Position numbers and translations under genes: made by a program. From Camelus dromedarius (lineage: Eukaryota): 64,000 nucleotides of DNA. This document shows positions 39,101 through 52,766 of the stretch, one piece after another (the stretch's first letter is position 1; each line of letters opens with the position of its first letter). The notes beneath the pieces were generated by a model. That model searched no databases, had not been told where the DNA came from, and saw only the letters and a list, made by a program, of their open reading frames with translations. The stretch spans positions 110,300,001 through 110,364,000 of the forward strand of contig NC_087436.1 of the NCBI RefSeq assembly GCF_036321535.1, written 5' to 3'.

Positions 39101-39840
39101 TGGTCTTCTGAGTTCTCTACTTTTTTCCATCTTTAATGTCATTTGACTAGTGTTTCCTTGTCTCTGTCTCTGTCTCTCTCTCCTTCCTTTTTCATCCTTG
39201 TTCTCACTCTTCTCTCTGCATATCTTTAATATTTAGACATGTCTATATTTTTTGGTAATAGTTGCATTTATACTAATTTCTTTACATAATACTGTTAATT
39301 AGTATTTTCTTTGTCTTTTTGGATAAAGTCTATTCATTTTCTGCTATAAGTGAGGTTGTTAGGTAGAATCTTTTCTTTTCCCTCTCCTCTGTCTCCTTGC
39401 ACTTCATTTGAGAAGATACACTTTTAACCCCAGCTTACATCCAGAAGGCAATCAGTAAACTCATTCTGCTTTCCTTTTCCTCTCCTCACTCTCCCTAATT
39501 TCAGTTCTATTGATAACATTATATTTAATGCTTACTGTAAATACTAATGACAGTGACTTTTTAGGCCTTTTTGTCATCTTATAGTCCTTCCTTAGTGTAT
39601 TTCTTATGAAGGACTCATGAAATATTAACTAACATTACGTATGCTAATAATAGTATGTCTGTGTTATGTAAAATGTCACTATATTTTAACATCAGTTTGG
39701 CTAGACATGCAATTGTTGGCTTACATTTTCTTTTCTACATTTTCTTACATAGATTACTACATTGTCCTCTTACATAAAATATAAATTTCACAAATTTAGA
39801 CAACAATCGGATACTCTTTTGCTTATAAATGTCTATATCT

Positions 39841-40072
39841 TTTCATTTTTTTTAACTGAAATATAGTCAATTTACAATGTTATGTCAATTTCTGGTGTAG
39901 AGCATAAAGTTTCAGTCATACATATACATACATATATTTCTTTTCATATTCTTTTTCATTGTAGATTACTACCAAGATATTGAATATAGTCCCCTGTGTT
40001 ATACAGAATAAACTTTTTGTTTATCTATTCTGTATGTAGCAGTTAGCACCTGCAAATCTCGAACTTCCAATT
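39841..40072 (-). mobile_element. Young L1 3' end inserted into old L1ME/HAL1-like sequence
   Basis: 'tttttaactgaaatatagtcaatttacaatgttatgtcaatttctggtg...gcaaatctcgaact'. Confidence 0.88.
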
Positions 40073-40332
40073 CACTCCAAGTTTTTGGAATGATGTGTGA
40101 AGGATTTTTATTTCTCTGAAGTCCATAATTATGCTAAAAAGGTATCTTTCTGGGTATTTTCAAAGGGATGTAGTATGGTCTTTCAACATGTCGTTTCAAG
40201 TCTTTTTTTAATTCTAAGAAAATTTACTTGAATTCTATTTTCTAGTATCTGTTCAATTCTATTGTTTTGTTAGTCATCTTCTGCAATTACTGCCATTATA
40301 CATATGTTGCATTATTATTTCCTTTCTTTCAG

Positions 40333-42575
40333 TTTTTTTTTTTAATTGAAGTATAGTCAGTTTACAATGTTGTGCCAATTTCTGGCGTACAGCATAACAG
40401 TTCAATCAACTACATATTCACTTTCATATTCTTTATCATTGTAGGTTACTACAAGATATTGAATATAGCCCCCTGTGCTACACACTATAAATTTGTTGTT
40501 TATTTATTTTATAGTAGTTAGTAACTGCAAATCTCGAACTCCCAATTTTTCCCTCCCATCTCCTTCCCCCTACAGTAGCCATAAGTTTGTTTTCCATGTC
40601 TGTTTCTGTTTTGTAAATAAGTTCACTTGTCTTTTTTTTTAGATTCTGCATATAAGTGATATCATTTGATATTTTTCTTTCTCTTTCTGGTTTACTTCAC
40701 TTAGAATGACAAACTCCAAGTCCATCCATGTTGTTGCAAATGACATTATTTTATTATTTTTTAAGACTGAGTAGTATTCCATTGCATAAATGTACCACAA
40801 CTTCTTTATCCAGTCATCTCTTGAGGGACATTTAGGTTGTTTCCATGTCTTGGCTATTGTATATAGTGCTGCTATGAACATTGGGGTGCATGTATCTTTT
40901 ATGAATTAGAGTTCCCTCCAGATATATACCCAGAAGTGGGATTGCTGTATCATATGGTAAGTCTATTTTTAGTTTTTTGAGGAATCTCTGTACTGTTTTC
41001 CATAATGGCTACACCAAACTACATTCCCACCAGAGGGTTCCCTTTTCTCCACACCCTCTCCAGCATTTATCATTTATAGACTTTTTAATTATGGCCATTC
41101 TGACTGATGTGAGGTGATACCTCATGTAGTTTTGATTTTCGTTTCTCTGATCATTAGCAATACTGAGCATATTTTCATGCACGTATTGGCCATTGGTATG
41201 TCTTCACCGGAGAATTGCTCATTTTTGGACTGGGTTGTTAATATTTTACTATTATTAAGCTGTATGAGCTATTTATTTATTCTGGAAATTAAGCCCTTGT
41301 CAGTCTCATCTTTTGCAAATATTTTCTCCCATTCCGTAGGTTGTCTTTTTGTTTTGCTTATGGTTTCTTTTGCTGTATAAAAGCTTGTAAGTTTAATTAG
41401 GCCCCATTTGTTTATTTTTGCTTTTATTTCTATTGCCTAGGTAGACTGCACTAGGAGAACGTTGCTAAGATTTACATCAGAGAATGTTTTGCTTATGTTT
41501 CTCCTGAGGTTTATAGTGTCTTGCATTATGCTTTAATCTTTAAACCATTTGAGTTTATTTTTGTGTATGGTGTGAGGGAGTATTCTAACTTTATTGATTT
41601 ACATGCTGCTGTCCAGTTTTCCCAACACCATTTGCTGAAGAGACTGTCTTTACTCCATTATATATTCTTGCCACCTTTGTCAAAGATTAGTTGACCAGAA
41701 GTCTGTGGGTTTATTTCTGGAATCTCTATACTCTTCCATTGATCTCTATGTCTGTTTTTGTACTAATTCCATGCTGTTTTGATTACTGTGCTCAGCAAAG
41801 ACTGAGTGCAGGCTGACCATTTCAATGAAAACTGTAAATTCCACATAAATTTTAGGATTATTTGTTCAAGTTCTATGAAAAATGTCCTGGGTAGTTTGAA
41901 AGGGATTGCACTAAATCTGTAGCTTGCTTTGAGTAATAGGGCCATTTTAACAATATTAATTCTCCCAACCCAAGAACATGGGATATCTTTCCATTTCTTT
42001 AAGTCTTCTTTAATTTCCTCAAAATACAAGAACAATCTCAAGTAAAGGACTTAACCTATCACCTAAAAGAATTAGAAAAAGAAGAACAAACAAAACCTAA
42101 AGTCAGCAAAATGAAAGAAATAATAAAGATCAGGGAGGAAATAAATAAAACAGAGATTTTTTAAAAAATGATAAAAGAAATCAATCAAACCGACAGCTGG
42201 TTTTTTTTGAAAGAGTAAACAAAATTGACAAACCTCTGGCCAGGCTCATCAAGAAGGAAAAAGAGAGGGCAAAATATACAAAATAAGAAATGAAAATGTA
42301 GGAATTACAACCAACACCACAGAAATACAAAAAAAAAAGAGAGAGAGAGAGAATACTATGAACAACTATATGGCGATAAATTGGACAACCCAGAAGAAAT
42401 GGATGACTTTCTAGAAACATACAGTCCACCAAAGCTGAATCAAGAAGAAATAGATCATTTGAACAGACCAATCATTAGAAGTGGAATAGAATCAGCAATA
42501 AAAAACAACTCCCTGCAAGCGGAAGTCCGGGGAATTCTATCAAACAGACAGAGAAGAGCTCATACCGACTCTTCT
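40333..42575 (-). mobile_element. Young L1 with 5' inversion
   Basis: - strand 40333-~42020 (poly-T, 3'UTR, 'MFIAALYTIAKTWKQPKCPS', '[17 protein letters not shown]'); + strand ~42020-42575 ('[30 protein letters not shown]'). Confidence 0.93.
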
Positions 42576-45500
42576 GTGGTTGCAGTATATTTCAGTTGAG
42601 GATTTCTAAATGAACTAGGTTTTCGTGGATTCTCAGAAGGAAAGAGTAGGCTAAAATATTATCAAATCACATGACTCAACAGTAATATTCTCTATTGTTA
42701 ACATATAAGTCTCAAAACGCATGGCCTTGTATTTTCTGAGATGTGTCCTTTCTGTTTCCAGTGCTTTATTCCCAAAGTGAGTTCTATTGCCTTAACTGCA
42801 AGGATTCATACCTCAACATTGTCCGAAATTCAACATGGTCACCATTAACTTCCTTACAAAGTTAAGCCTCTGTAGACACCCTCCTAGCTGAGTTGTTCAA
42901 GATTTGCTCATCAAGATTTCTACAACAAATGGAGCAATTTCTGGATTCTTTAGCTCTCTGAGCCACATGAAGATTATTTATTCACTGTTTCTGCATTCTC
43001 TTGCAGAACCTTTGAAACTATATCGTTCTTACTGCTGTTTTTGGTTTGACCCCACACATAGGAATATTTTTTTTCATATAACTTTATTGTAGATGCTGCC
43101 TGTGATATTTCTGATATGTTATCTTAGTGGTTATAGCTGTTTTTGTAAAGAGGTTCTGGGCTATTCAAATAAGTACTCCATCAACTGCAATGCAAAAGAA
43201 TATTTATATTTGTAACTATTACCCACATAAAATTTTAATTAAATTTTAAAGGAAATATGTCCTTTAGAAAAATAATTTTCAAATGCTGTTTGTCTTTAAG
43301 ATTTATTTAGAGCAACAAATCCAAGTTTTACTGTATTTTTACATATTTTAGTAGTACACACTATTGTGTTCAAGAGATGGTTACTCTTGCTAAACTGCTT
43401 TTTAAAAATACCTGATGATTGTGAAGTATAAGTGAATCCAGATCAAAAACTGAATATTTTTACTGCCCAAGGTTCTGGGGCTTATTCTCATGTTTATCTA
43501 ACACAAGGCTGAATAGTCTATTAGATTCTTTCCTTTTTGGATTTCCAAGATTTCATTAAAATAACTTCCGTGGTGCACCTAAGAAGATGGAATCACGTGT
43601 AATTTGTGGTAAATAGAATGAACTAACCCCATCCCTCTCCCTAGTTGATCAGTTTTTATGTTATGTAAAGTTTAAAAACTTGATATTAATAATGAGTGAT
43701 AAAAGCAGTATTTAATTTTCAACTAATCTATGGTACTAATAACATGGATTCTAACATGGACCAAAGTATTAAATTGTGTTACTAAAAAACAAGACTATCA
43801 ATTCAAAGAACAAATCCTTAAACTAGTTTAACTCATGCCACTCTCTACACAAGCCAATAAGCATTAAGCAGAAAGTATTTTTCAAAAACTTAAGCTTTAA
43901 AACAGAACCTGGAATTTGCTCCTTTTTAATATTCAGTTTCCTAAATCTAATACTCTCCTCCCTACTCACAATAGAGGATCATTTATCTAGAAGATAACAC
44001 ATGTGATTTCAGTCAGCTGTGCTGTGATTATGAGCACTGTGGCTGAATTACAGATCCAAGGTTACTTTTTTAATCATTTGAAATGCTTTTAGATTCACAG
44101 AATACAGTTGGAAGCAGATTATGCTGAATTCTAGGAAAAGCTATGTTTATTCTTTTCCTGGTACTTAATGAAAAACAAGGGGAATCAAATTTCAGTTTGA
44201 GTACTGTAAACCAAAATATGCAAGCACCCTGTATCTTAAGTTTCAAAGATCTTTTTTGGGAAAATCATAGTGCTTAGATTTGGAAAGCCAGCTGAGGTTT
44301 TCCTATCTAGCATAAGTGGTCAGTTTTGGCATTTTTCCCAGGAAAATGCTGTGCATAGGATTTGATAAAGGAGTTTCATATTGACCTATTTCCCAAATGC
44401 TTAGAGAAGACATGTTTCCATTCTAGAACAAAAAGCCACAGGGGAAGAACAAGGAAGAAAATAAACTGTTTTGGACAATCAGGATAAAAATCAAGAAATA
44501 TAAACTGAACAAGAGCTCATCAATCTGGACCACAAAAATTCATTCAGGCCAAAATTCCACTTCTCTATCCAAAAACATAAGCATTATCTTTCAAAGATTC
44601 CCCAGAATCCTGGATCACATCCCTTCCCAACTCAATCAGCTTCCCTGCAGATATTTTTTAATTAACAAAATTATGATTATTAAAAAGGGGTTAACAATAA
44701 ATAAGTGAAATTCTGTGCTTAAAATCAGGAATTAAGCATCACCACATGAGCTGTAATCCACGAGCACAATAATAAAACAAAAGATGAGTGGCATTATGCA
44801 GCTGTGAAAAGTCTTGCCTCAGTAGAGTATTCACTTTTCCCCAGGTTCTTGGAAAATATCAAATATAGCAGGAAGCTGATCAGAAAGAACAGTGCTCTGA
44901 AACATAAACTACAGCTCAATTTTTCCATGCCTAGTAAAATAACCTTGTCATTACAAATCTAACTATCAATATTAGACTAATTCAATAAGCAGATTTGACA
45001 AAAACCCCAAGTCTCAAGGTATCTTTAATATCATCTTATCCTACTTTTGTTCCATCTTATTGGTGTGGAAAAGACATAATTTCTCCAAGCTCACACCGCT
45101 AGGTGCGAGAGTCCTGACTAGGATACTAGTTCCCATACTGATCATATTATCTTGAAGACACTAGCACTAGACTGAAGATTTTAACAAATCTTTATTTCCA
45201 TTGACTCCTCTGAGTCCTCAGCCCTGTATCTGCAACATCTTCATGAATGAACAAATTCTCATGGTCAACATCTTTTAAAATTAAATTTGTTTTCCCATTC
45301 TCCAAAATAAAACTCTTTCTTCTCCTAGGTTACTTGCTGTAGTGACACCACCATTCATTGAACCTTCCAGTGGAACACCACTGAGGTCATCCTAGACATT
45401 CTCTTTTTCTTCATCTCATATGATATTTTGTCCCCAGCTCCTACTCGTCCTGTTTCCCAAGTTTCCTGTCAGTCTGTTAGTCCTCATTCCAAACCCCAGC

Positions 45501-45685
45501 TGCTCCTGGGTCCAAGTCATCATTGCTTCTTGTCTCCTAATTGAAAATAACCTCCTAATTGAATTCTTATCTTTATTACCTCTTTGACTCATTATTTATT
45601 CAGCCATGAAAGTGGTAAATCTAAAATGTAAATTTTATTGCATCATTCCTGAGTCTGGAATTTTCTGTAAGGATGTCTTACATCC

Positions 45686-45744
45686 TTTAGCAATTTCTTG
45701 TCCATTCAATAATCATTTAGCAATTTCTTGTCCATTCAATAATC
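45686..45744. repeat. Tandem duplication, 30-bp period
   Basis: tttagcaatttcttgtccattcaataatc at 45686 and 45716. Confidence 0.97.
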
Positions 45745-45899
45745 CTAAAGAGGATATTAGGTTTCATATGAAGCAACTAGTCCATTGTATGGCAAGATCA
45801 TTCTGTTATTTTTCCCAAAGCTCTCCCATTAAATTTATAATTTTTCTTTTAAAGTAGTCAATTAAAACATAAATTAAATAGAGAGAGTAAAAGACACAA

Positions 45900-47220
45900 A
45901 TGAACTGACTTCCCCAACTGCTGACTCTTCTCTCATTAATATGTTTTGTTTTGTTTATTTGTATTTTTGTATCATTTTGTTTTTATCTGTTTTTTCAATC
46001 ATCTTGGAATTTTTGTATCTTTTTTTAATTTGTTTTTTAATCATCTTAGAGATTATCTCCAAAACCTTGCATGAAGTGTTCTTATATCTATTCTTGATTT
46101 TCAACTTCTCATAATAATGTATTCCTAATATAAAAGATGATGGTTACAATTCAATTACCTTCTGTTGTAGTTTTCATATTCTCCATTCTTCTCAAAATAT
46201 GCCAAGTTTTATTTTCATCTTCCCTGTTCATTATATGTATAGAGTTGCATATTTACTTAAGTTTTGTTTTATAACCTATCAACTTAAGACATTATTTCTT
46301 GATTTTTCACTATGTAAACTAATATAATGCCTCATGTTCTTCTATATTTTATTCATGATTACTTTTTCCATGTTTTTGACATTTATTCTTTTTAATCTCT
46401 GTAAACTTAGTTTAGTTAATAAACATTTATTGAACACATACTACACAAGGATGGCATTTCATCATTTTTCCAGTTGCTGCTAAATATCCTACAATTCATA
46501 AAACAGCCTCCCCCACCAAAAACTGATCTTACTCAAAATATCAACAGTGCCAAGACTAAGAAAAACTGTACCAAGGTTATCTAACTTCTACATTATTTTA
46601 TCTGTTACATTGAATCAATGTTTTTTTCTTTAATGTCTTCCTTCTTAAAACTTCTTAACTTCCTGTTCTGCTTTAGTTCATTTGGTTTCTAAGCCAACTG
46701 CACAGTCAACAGCTGGGTTTTTTAATTTTACACAAGTTTGACATGATGGCTTTTGAATCCCACATCCTCCTTTTTCCTGTCTTTCATCTTAAATTTGTTG
46801 GAGTGCGTTCTAGAAAATCACTGTAGGATGTGAGTGGTAAACTTTGTGAGTCCCTGTCTATCCAAATATGTGTCTGGCCTGCACTTGCCCTTGATATTTT
46901 GGCAGAAAATAGCCTTTTCCTTTGGAACTTATAATAACTTTTCCCCTCCACTGTCATACTCAGTTTTGCTGATGAGAAGTCAGATGCCATTTTAATTCTC
47001 ATTTATTGGTAAGTAACCAGCTTGTTGTTTTGTTTCTGTAAATTTTTGGAATCTTTTTTAAAAATTTCTTTTATGTTCTGAAACTTCATGAGGGACGAGC
47101 CTAAGTGGGCATTTTCCATTCATCCTGCTCAGTGCTTTGTTGACTCCCGTACTGATGATTCACATCATAATCTAGCTCTAGGGAATTTCATTTTTCTGTT
47201 CCTCCACTTATTTTCCCTTT
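45900..47220 (-). mobile_element. Old L1ME/HAL1-like sequence with a MER20 fragment (~46460-46570)
   Basis: 'gttttgctgatgagaagtcagatgccattttaattc'; MER20-like 'gctgctaaatatcctacaat...caaaatatcaacagtgccaag'. Confidence 0.65.
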
Positions 47221-47224
47221 AGTT

Positions 47225-47628
47225 TTAATATATATTTTTATTGAACTAGAGTCAGTTTACAGTGTTGTGTCAATTTCTGGTGTACTGCACAATACTTCAG
47301 TCATATAGGAACATACATATATTCATTTTCATGTTCTTTTTAACCATAAGTTGCTACAAGATATAGAATATAGTTCCCTGTGCAATACAGTATAAGCTTG
47401 CTGTTTATCTATTTTATATGCTGTAGTTAGTATTTGCAAAACTTGAACTCCCAGTTTATCCCTTCCAACCCCTCCCCCACCTGGTAACAATAAGTTTGTT
47501 TTGTATATCTGTGAGTCTGTTTCTGTTTTGTAAATAAGTTTGTCTTTTTTTTTTTTTTAAGATTCCACATGTAAGTGATATCATATGGTATTTTTCTTTC
47601 TCTTTCTGGATTACTTCACTTAGAATAT
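47225..47628 (-). mobile_element. Young L1 3' end, ~400 bp
   Basis: Closely similar to 21237-21415 and 40333-40710. Confidence 0.9.
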
Positions 47629-47659
47629 CTTAAGACATCTATTCAACTCCTATTAGAAA

Positions 47660-47900
47660 TTAAATGTTTAAGCACATATGGGATCTGGAACCAGGACACC
47701 TGGATTTGAATCCTAATTGTGCCTCTTATTATCTGAGCAACTCTGTACAAGTTACTTTACCTCTGTGTGCCTCATTTCCTCAGTCTGTACAGTGGCGACC
47801 ACAACAGTACCTACTTCATGAAGTAATTGTAAAGAATATGTTGGCATGTGTTAAAAAAAATCAGAAATTTATCAGGCATGTGGCACTTTTTAAATGTTTC
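47660..47900 (+). mobile_element. MIR
   Basis: 'cctggatttgaatcctaatt...caagttactttacctctgtgtgcctcatttcctc'. Confidence 0.85.
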
Positions 47901-49797
47901 CTAACATCATTTCTAAATGTTCAGTACACTATGCTGTCTCTACAGGTCAATGAAAATATCTGGCCATTATGAAATGATGATTACATGACTTTTCTACCAG
48001 ATAAGATCAGATAGCAACTAGCAAAAATAATGTACATGTAATTTACTTATCAGCTCTATGTTTCTATAAATGTCAGACTGTCAGTATGGTTATAGATCCA
48101 TCTTCATTGGATCCAGAGATCCATTTTAACTACTTTTTTGCAAAATCATTCCAGGAGATTGTAAAAAAGAAGTTTTGGTGTATGAATCTCTCCATTGACA
48201 GATGCAGATAGATACCAGTTGTTACAGACATGCATATACATAAAAATACAAAGAACAAAGACTCATACAATAATTCAGCAAACCCTGAAATGCATCAACT
48301 CCATCAAGAAAAATTTCAGCTGAATTCCCTTCCCCCTTGTGACACTCATTTTTCAGAAATGCCCCCTATCTAAGGAAAGAATGTAATTTTTACATCAAAA
48401 GACTTAAATTCTTATTTCCTCTGTCATGTGCTACCTGTGAAACCCTAAGTAAGGTGTAACTCAGGGCTTCTGTTTTCCTGCCATTTACGAAATGAGATTA
48501 ACCCAAATGGTATAAAAGAGATAGATATGACATATATATGCATGGCAAATAGTAAATATGCAAGCTTGCTTGCTTTCTTTTTTTCTAAACCTGATTTCAT
48601 GCAAACTAACATTAGAGAAAGAAGACGGTGAGTAGAGTGATCACAGAATATAACTTAACCTATAGATAAACTTATCTGATTCCACATGGACAAGTTGAGT
48701 GTGGTATAATCATATATTTTGCATTTTTCTCTTTATATCTTACTTTGTCGTACACTATTTACCATTTCTTTCATGTTTCCTTTTCTTGAATTTTAAATGC
48801 TCCTGATAGGCAAGGAATATGGGATGTTTAGATTCTCATGTTTAAATTTCTATCACTTTTTACCTGTTAGGAATATTTATTTTTTCTGCAGAATCACAGT
48901 ATTGAAAACATAGGTTTTCCTCTTAAAAGAAGTACTTTTTTTTTCCTTAATGGGAATTCTTGATATTTTGGCACAAATATCTGGAAAAATACATATATAT
49001 TGTTGGATGATTCCCAGAAGGAGAAATATTTGACAGGCTTGTTCATGTAATAGTAATTAACTTACAATACAAATTTTAAGATCATTTTCTATATAATATA
49101 ATCTCCTTGGCTAACCTCAAAGCATTAAGTGATTATAATTTTAATGGAAAATTTCTGGCAAAATATTCACCATTGGCTTATATAATGTCCCAAAGAAGGA
49201 CTTTAAATACCACCAATGGGAGGTTAAAGTCCATTGAAAAGTGCCCTTCATTTTCCTGGAATGGTGCCTAGCTCTTGGAAAGCAATTTACAAAAGGCCTT
49301 TCTTTCTTCTATAATCTGTTTTTTTCCTTCCCGATGACTCTTTTAAATGCTTATATAGAGAGCCAGATAGCCACTTAACTCAGTGTTCTGGTGCATTAGG
49401 CAGCGTTCATGAATGAGTGAAAAGATCTAAGATGTGGAGAATGTTAAGATTGGGACAGACATGAAAAAATGACCCAGTATCATTGCCAGTATCATTTATT
49501 AATAGCAGCTGAAGAGATCAGTAACTTTTGCAGAAAGAGTCAATCACCACGTCATTTGTTAAGACAGTTCCATTCTAAGGAACCACCAGTTCTGTAGGGT
49601 GTTCTCACTCCAACTCCTCCAGCTTTCTCCTTAGCATGTTCCTACAGATTAAAGCCATCACAGCTCTTAAAAGGTTCAAATTCCCTAGTTGCCTGCTTTG
49701 AAAATTGTCAAATTCCAGGCTCATCATTTCTTCAACTAACACTTATTTAAGGGGGAAAGGAATTTAAACAATAAATTACAGCTATTCATCATAGTGA

Positions 49798-50265
49798 TGT
49801 CTTAGTTTCATATTGACACCATTACATATTACCATAAATGTATTGGCTTAAAACGATACAAATATATTCTCATAGTTCTGGAGGTCAGAAGTCTGAAATC
49901 AAGGTGTTGACAGGGCTGTGTTCCTTCTAAAGGCTTCAGAGGAAGATCTGTTTTCTTGTTTCTTTCCAGCTTCTAGAGGCTGCCTGCATTTCTTGACTTA
50001 TGACTCCTTCCTTCATCTTAAAAGGCATCACTGTCTTTTCTGATCCCATCATACTCTCATCTTCCTCTTTGGTCAAATATCCCTCTGCCTCCCTCTAATA
50101 AGGATACTTGTGACTACACTGGACACACTCAGATAATCCAGGATAATCACCGTACCTTAAAATTCTGAACTTTCAACTGCAAGGTCCCTTTTGCTATATG
50201 AGATAACGCAGGTTCATGGAACTAGGAGGTATATATCTTTGGAGGACTGTTATTCAGCCTACCAC
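49798..50265 (-). mobile_element. MLT1C/D-like MaLR solo LTR
   Basis: 'catagttctggaggtcagaagtctgaaatcaaggtgttg...gataatccaggataatc...tattcagcctaccaca'. Confidence 0.9.
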
Positions 50266-51289
50266 AAGGAGAGCTGAACATGTAGATTCCATGAGTCATT
50301 CAGACAAGGTTCAAAGATCACACATTTGCCAGATTTTCAGTTGTTTATGTAGAAATATGAGAACTATGACACAATCTTTAGTACATGAAGAAAATTACTG
50401 ATTACAATTATTCAGCAAGATAAAGTACAAAAACATTTAAGAATTTAACAATGGAAATAATAAATTCAAAATAAAAAAGTAAATACTAACACCTGAAATG
50501 TCAGCCTTTCAATATGATTCATATTATTATCACTTCAAAATTTCCTTTGTTTATAAAAGGAGTTTTCACCCAAGGTCTAGGCTGTTTATACAATTTAATA
50601 TATCATATTAGTTGCTAAAATAACATATATGGATTTCATATAGGAAATTTAGATATTATATAACTATTTGGGAGTGATTTTATTAAGATTTTTTTCCTTT
50701 TGAGGGAAAATGGCTTAGCTGGCTCTGGGATACTTACAAGTGTTTGGAAGGACAAATGGCTATTATCAGTCATGCATATTTAAAATATATCTATAGTAAT
50801 CTTGAAACCAAAACTGGATACTGTGATTGAGCTGAAAAAGCTCTGATTTCCAGGAGAGTACTATGTTTAATGACATTGAAATAAATTACCCAGATGAATT
50901 TGAGATTCAAAGGTCAAGAGAAAAACTACATATTGGAAATGTTACCAAAAGGGTGCTTCTCTTTTGGTGTACACAAACTGCTATGCTCACTAAAGATTTA
51001 AATGAACTGTATCATAAAATGATAATGACATGATAATATTATTATTAGTTGGCATTTTTAAACATACACACACAAACATACATACACATAGATCCATGGA
51101 ATGTGTATTTTTTTTAATCTCAACATGCATTCTTGTACTTAGATTTAGAAATAATGCAATATATAAATGTAACTCAGATATTTCACATAAGATTGTACTG
51201 TAAATGCAAGAAGACCAGGGTAACCAGTATTACAAAGTCTTTTCATCTCCCATAGATTTTGGGGATAAAAGTCTTTGCAGTCTGCTTCC

Positions 51290-51760
51290 AGAAATCATAG
51301 ACTTTAAGATTGAGAGGGGCCTTAAGAAAAAACAGTATATTTGTTGAAAGATTTAAACACCAGAAGATAGGCTCAAGTCTAACCTCTGTTCTTACTAGCT
51401 GTGAACTCAAGAAAATCTCACTTCTCTGAGTCCAATTCTTTATAAGAATAAGATAATCATACATGTAGCCCTTGTTTTCACTAAATTGATCTAAAAAGAG
51501 TGTTTAAGCCCTTTCTGGATGCAACATGCTGTGCAAAATCAATAATAGAAACTATCTATTGAACACTGACAACATGACAAATATTCTTCAAATTGCAAAG
51601 AACTCAACAGCGTAGATATGATATTTTACTTAGAAGTAAAAACTGTGGATCAGAGAATTCAAGCAACTCTGCCCAGAATCACACAGAAGAGAAGGGAATA
51701 ACTTAGATTTTAAACATTGTCTATGAAGCCTGTTCTATCCACTGTGCCCTACTGCCTCTC
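51290..51760. mobile_element. Cluster of MIR fragments in both orientations
   Basis: 'cttactagctgtgaactcaag...cttctctgagtcc'; 'aaactgtggatcagagaattcaagcaactctgcccag'. Confidence 0.7.
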
Positions 51761-52714
51761 AATAAAACAAAATACAATTTTGTGATTTAATCACTTTCCC
51801 CTAGAAATAAACAACATAATGTAGATCCAGGGGAAAGTATCAATTGAGTCAATCTGATTTCTGTAGGTAGAATTGAGTGATTAAATACAGATAGAAAGGT
51901 GCTCATTTTTTTTGCTCATTTTTAATATGATGACCCTATGAACATCCTGTCGTGATCAAGATTTTCATGAAAACAATTAATGGATGATTTTTGTAAAGTA
52001 GCATGGAAATTATAATTTTTAAACTTATGTACTTTTTAGTGTAAAATTATAAATTTTAAAAATTAAGACCAGGGTTCTAGACTTAGACAAAAACTTCACT
52101 TAACACCTTGACTGATGTTAAATCCATAATTTCTGGAAGACTTTTATAACTTGGAAATGGGTAGAAAAGAGTGGTGCACACTGGTTAATCTTTACATTCT
52201 TAGTTCAGAAGTCATACACTCAAAGACGTAGAGTAACTAGGACACTCAACTGGAAACATAATCTACTATATTAGTCATGTGCCTCAATTAAGATTGACAG
52301 TCCACACACCTATAGAAGTTGAGTTCATTTTACTAGTTCATACAGAATTTTCAGTATTCAATTATTATTATGCTATAACATAAACCAGGCTCATTATGCT
52401 TATCTCAGGAAACTGGTAGGCAGTAAAAGCAAGTCCGGGTGATGGTTTCCAATATTTGATTTACATATCAAATTTTACACATGATTTATTTTGAACATTA
52501 TTATTAGGTATATGATGTCCAGGTACACAAGTCTCCTACTTCTCCAAGGGGGACAGTCTGCCCTACCCCATTCAGGCTTAAACGCACTTGGAACAATACT
52601 TTCTTAGCTGTTCCCAGTCTGTTGCTACTATTTCATTGCAACTCTCCTAAAGAGAGCCAACAGAAAAATGGGTCCAATTGAAGATGCAAATTTCATTCAA
52701 AATCTCTTCTTCAG

Positions 52715-52766
52715 GTCATGGCAAGCAGCCTATGTATAAAAGAATTGTGAAAATTTCCTGGATGAG
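52715..52766 (+). other. Candidate 52-nt internal exon
   Basis: Acceptor 'aatctcttcttcag|', consensus donor 'GAG|gtgagt'; unique sequence; one frame open (GHGKQPMYKRIVKISWM). Confidence 0.6.
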
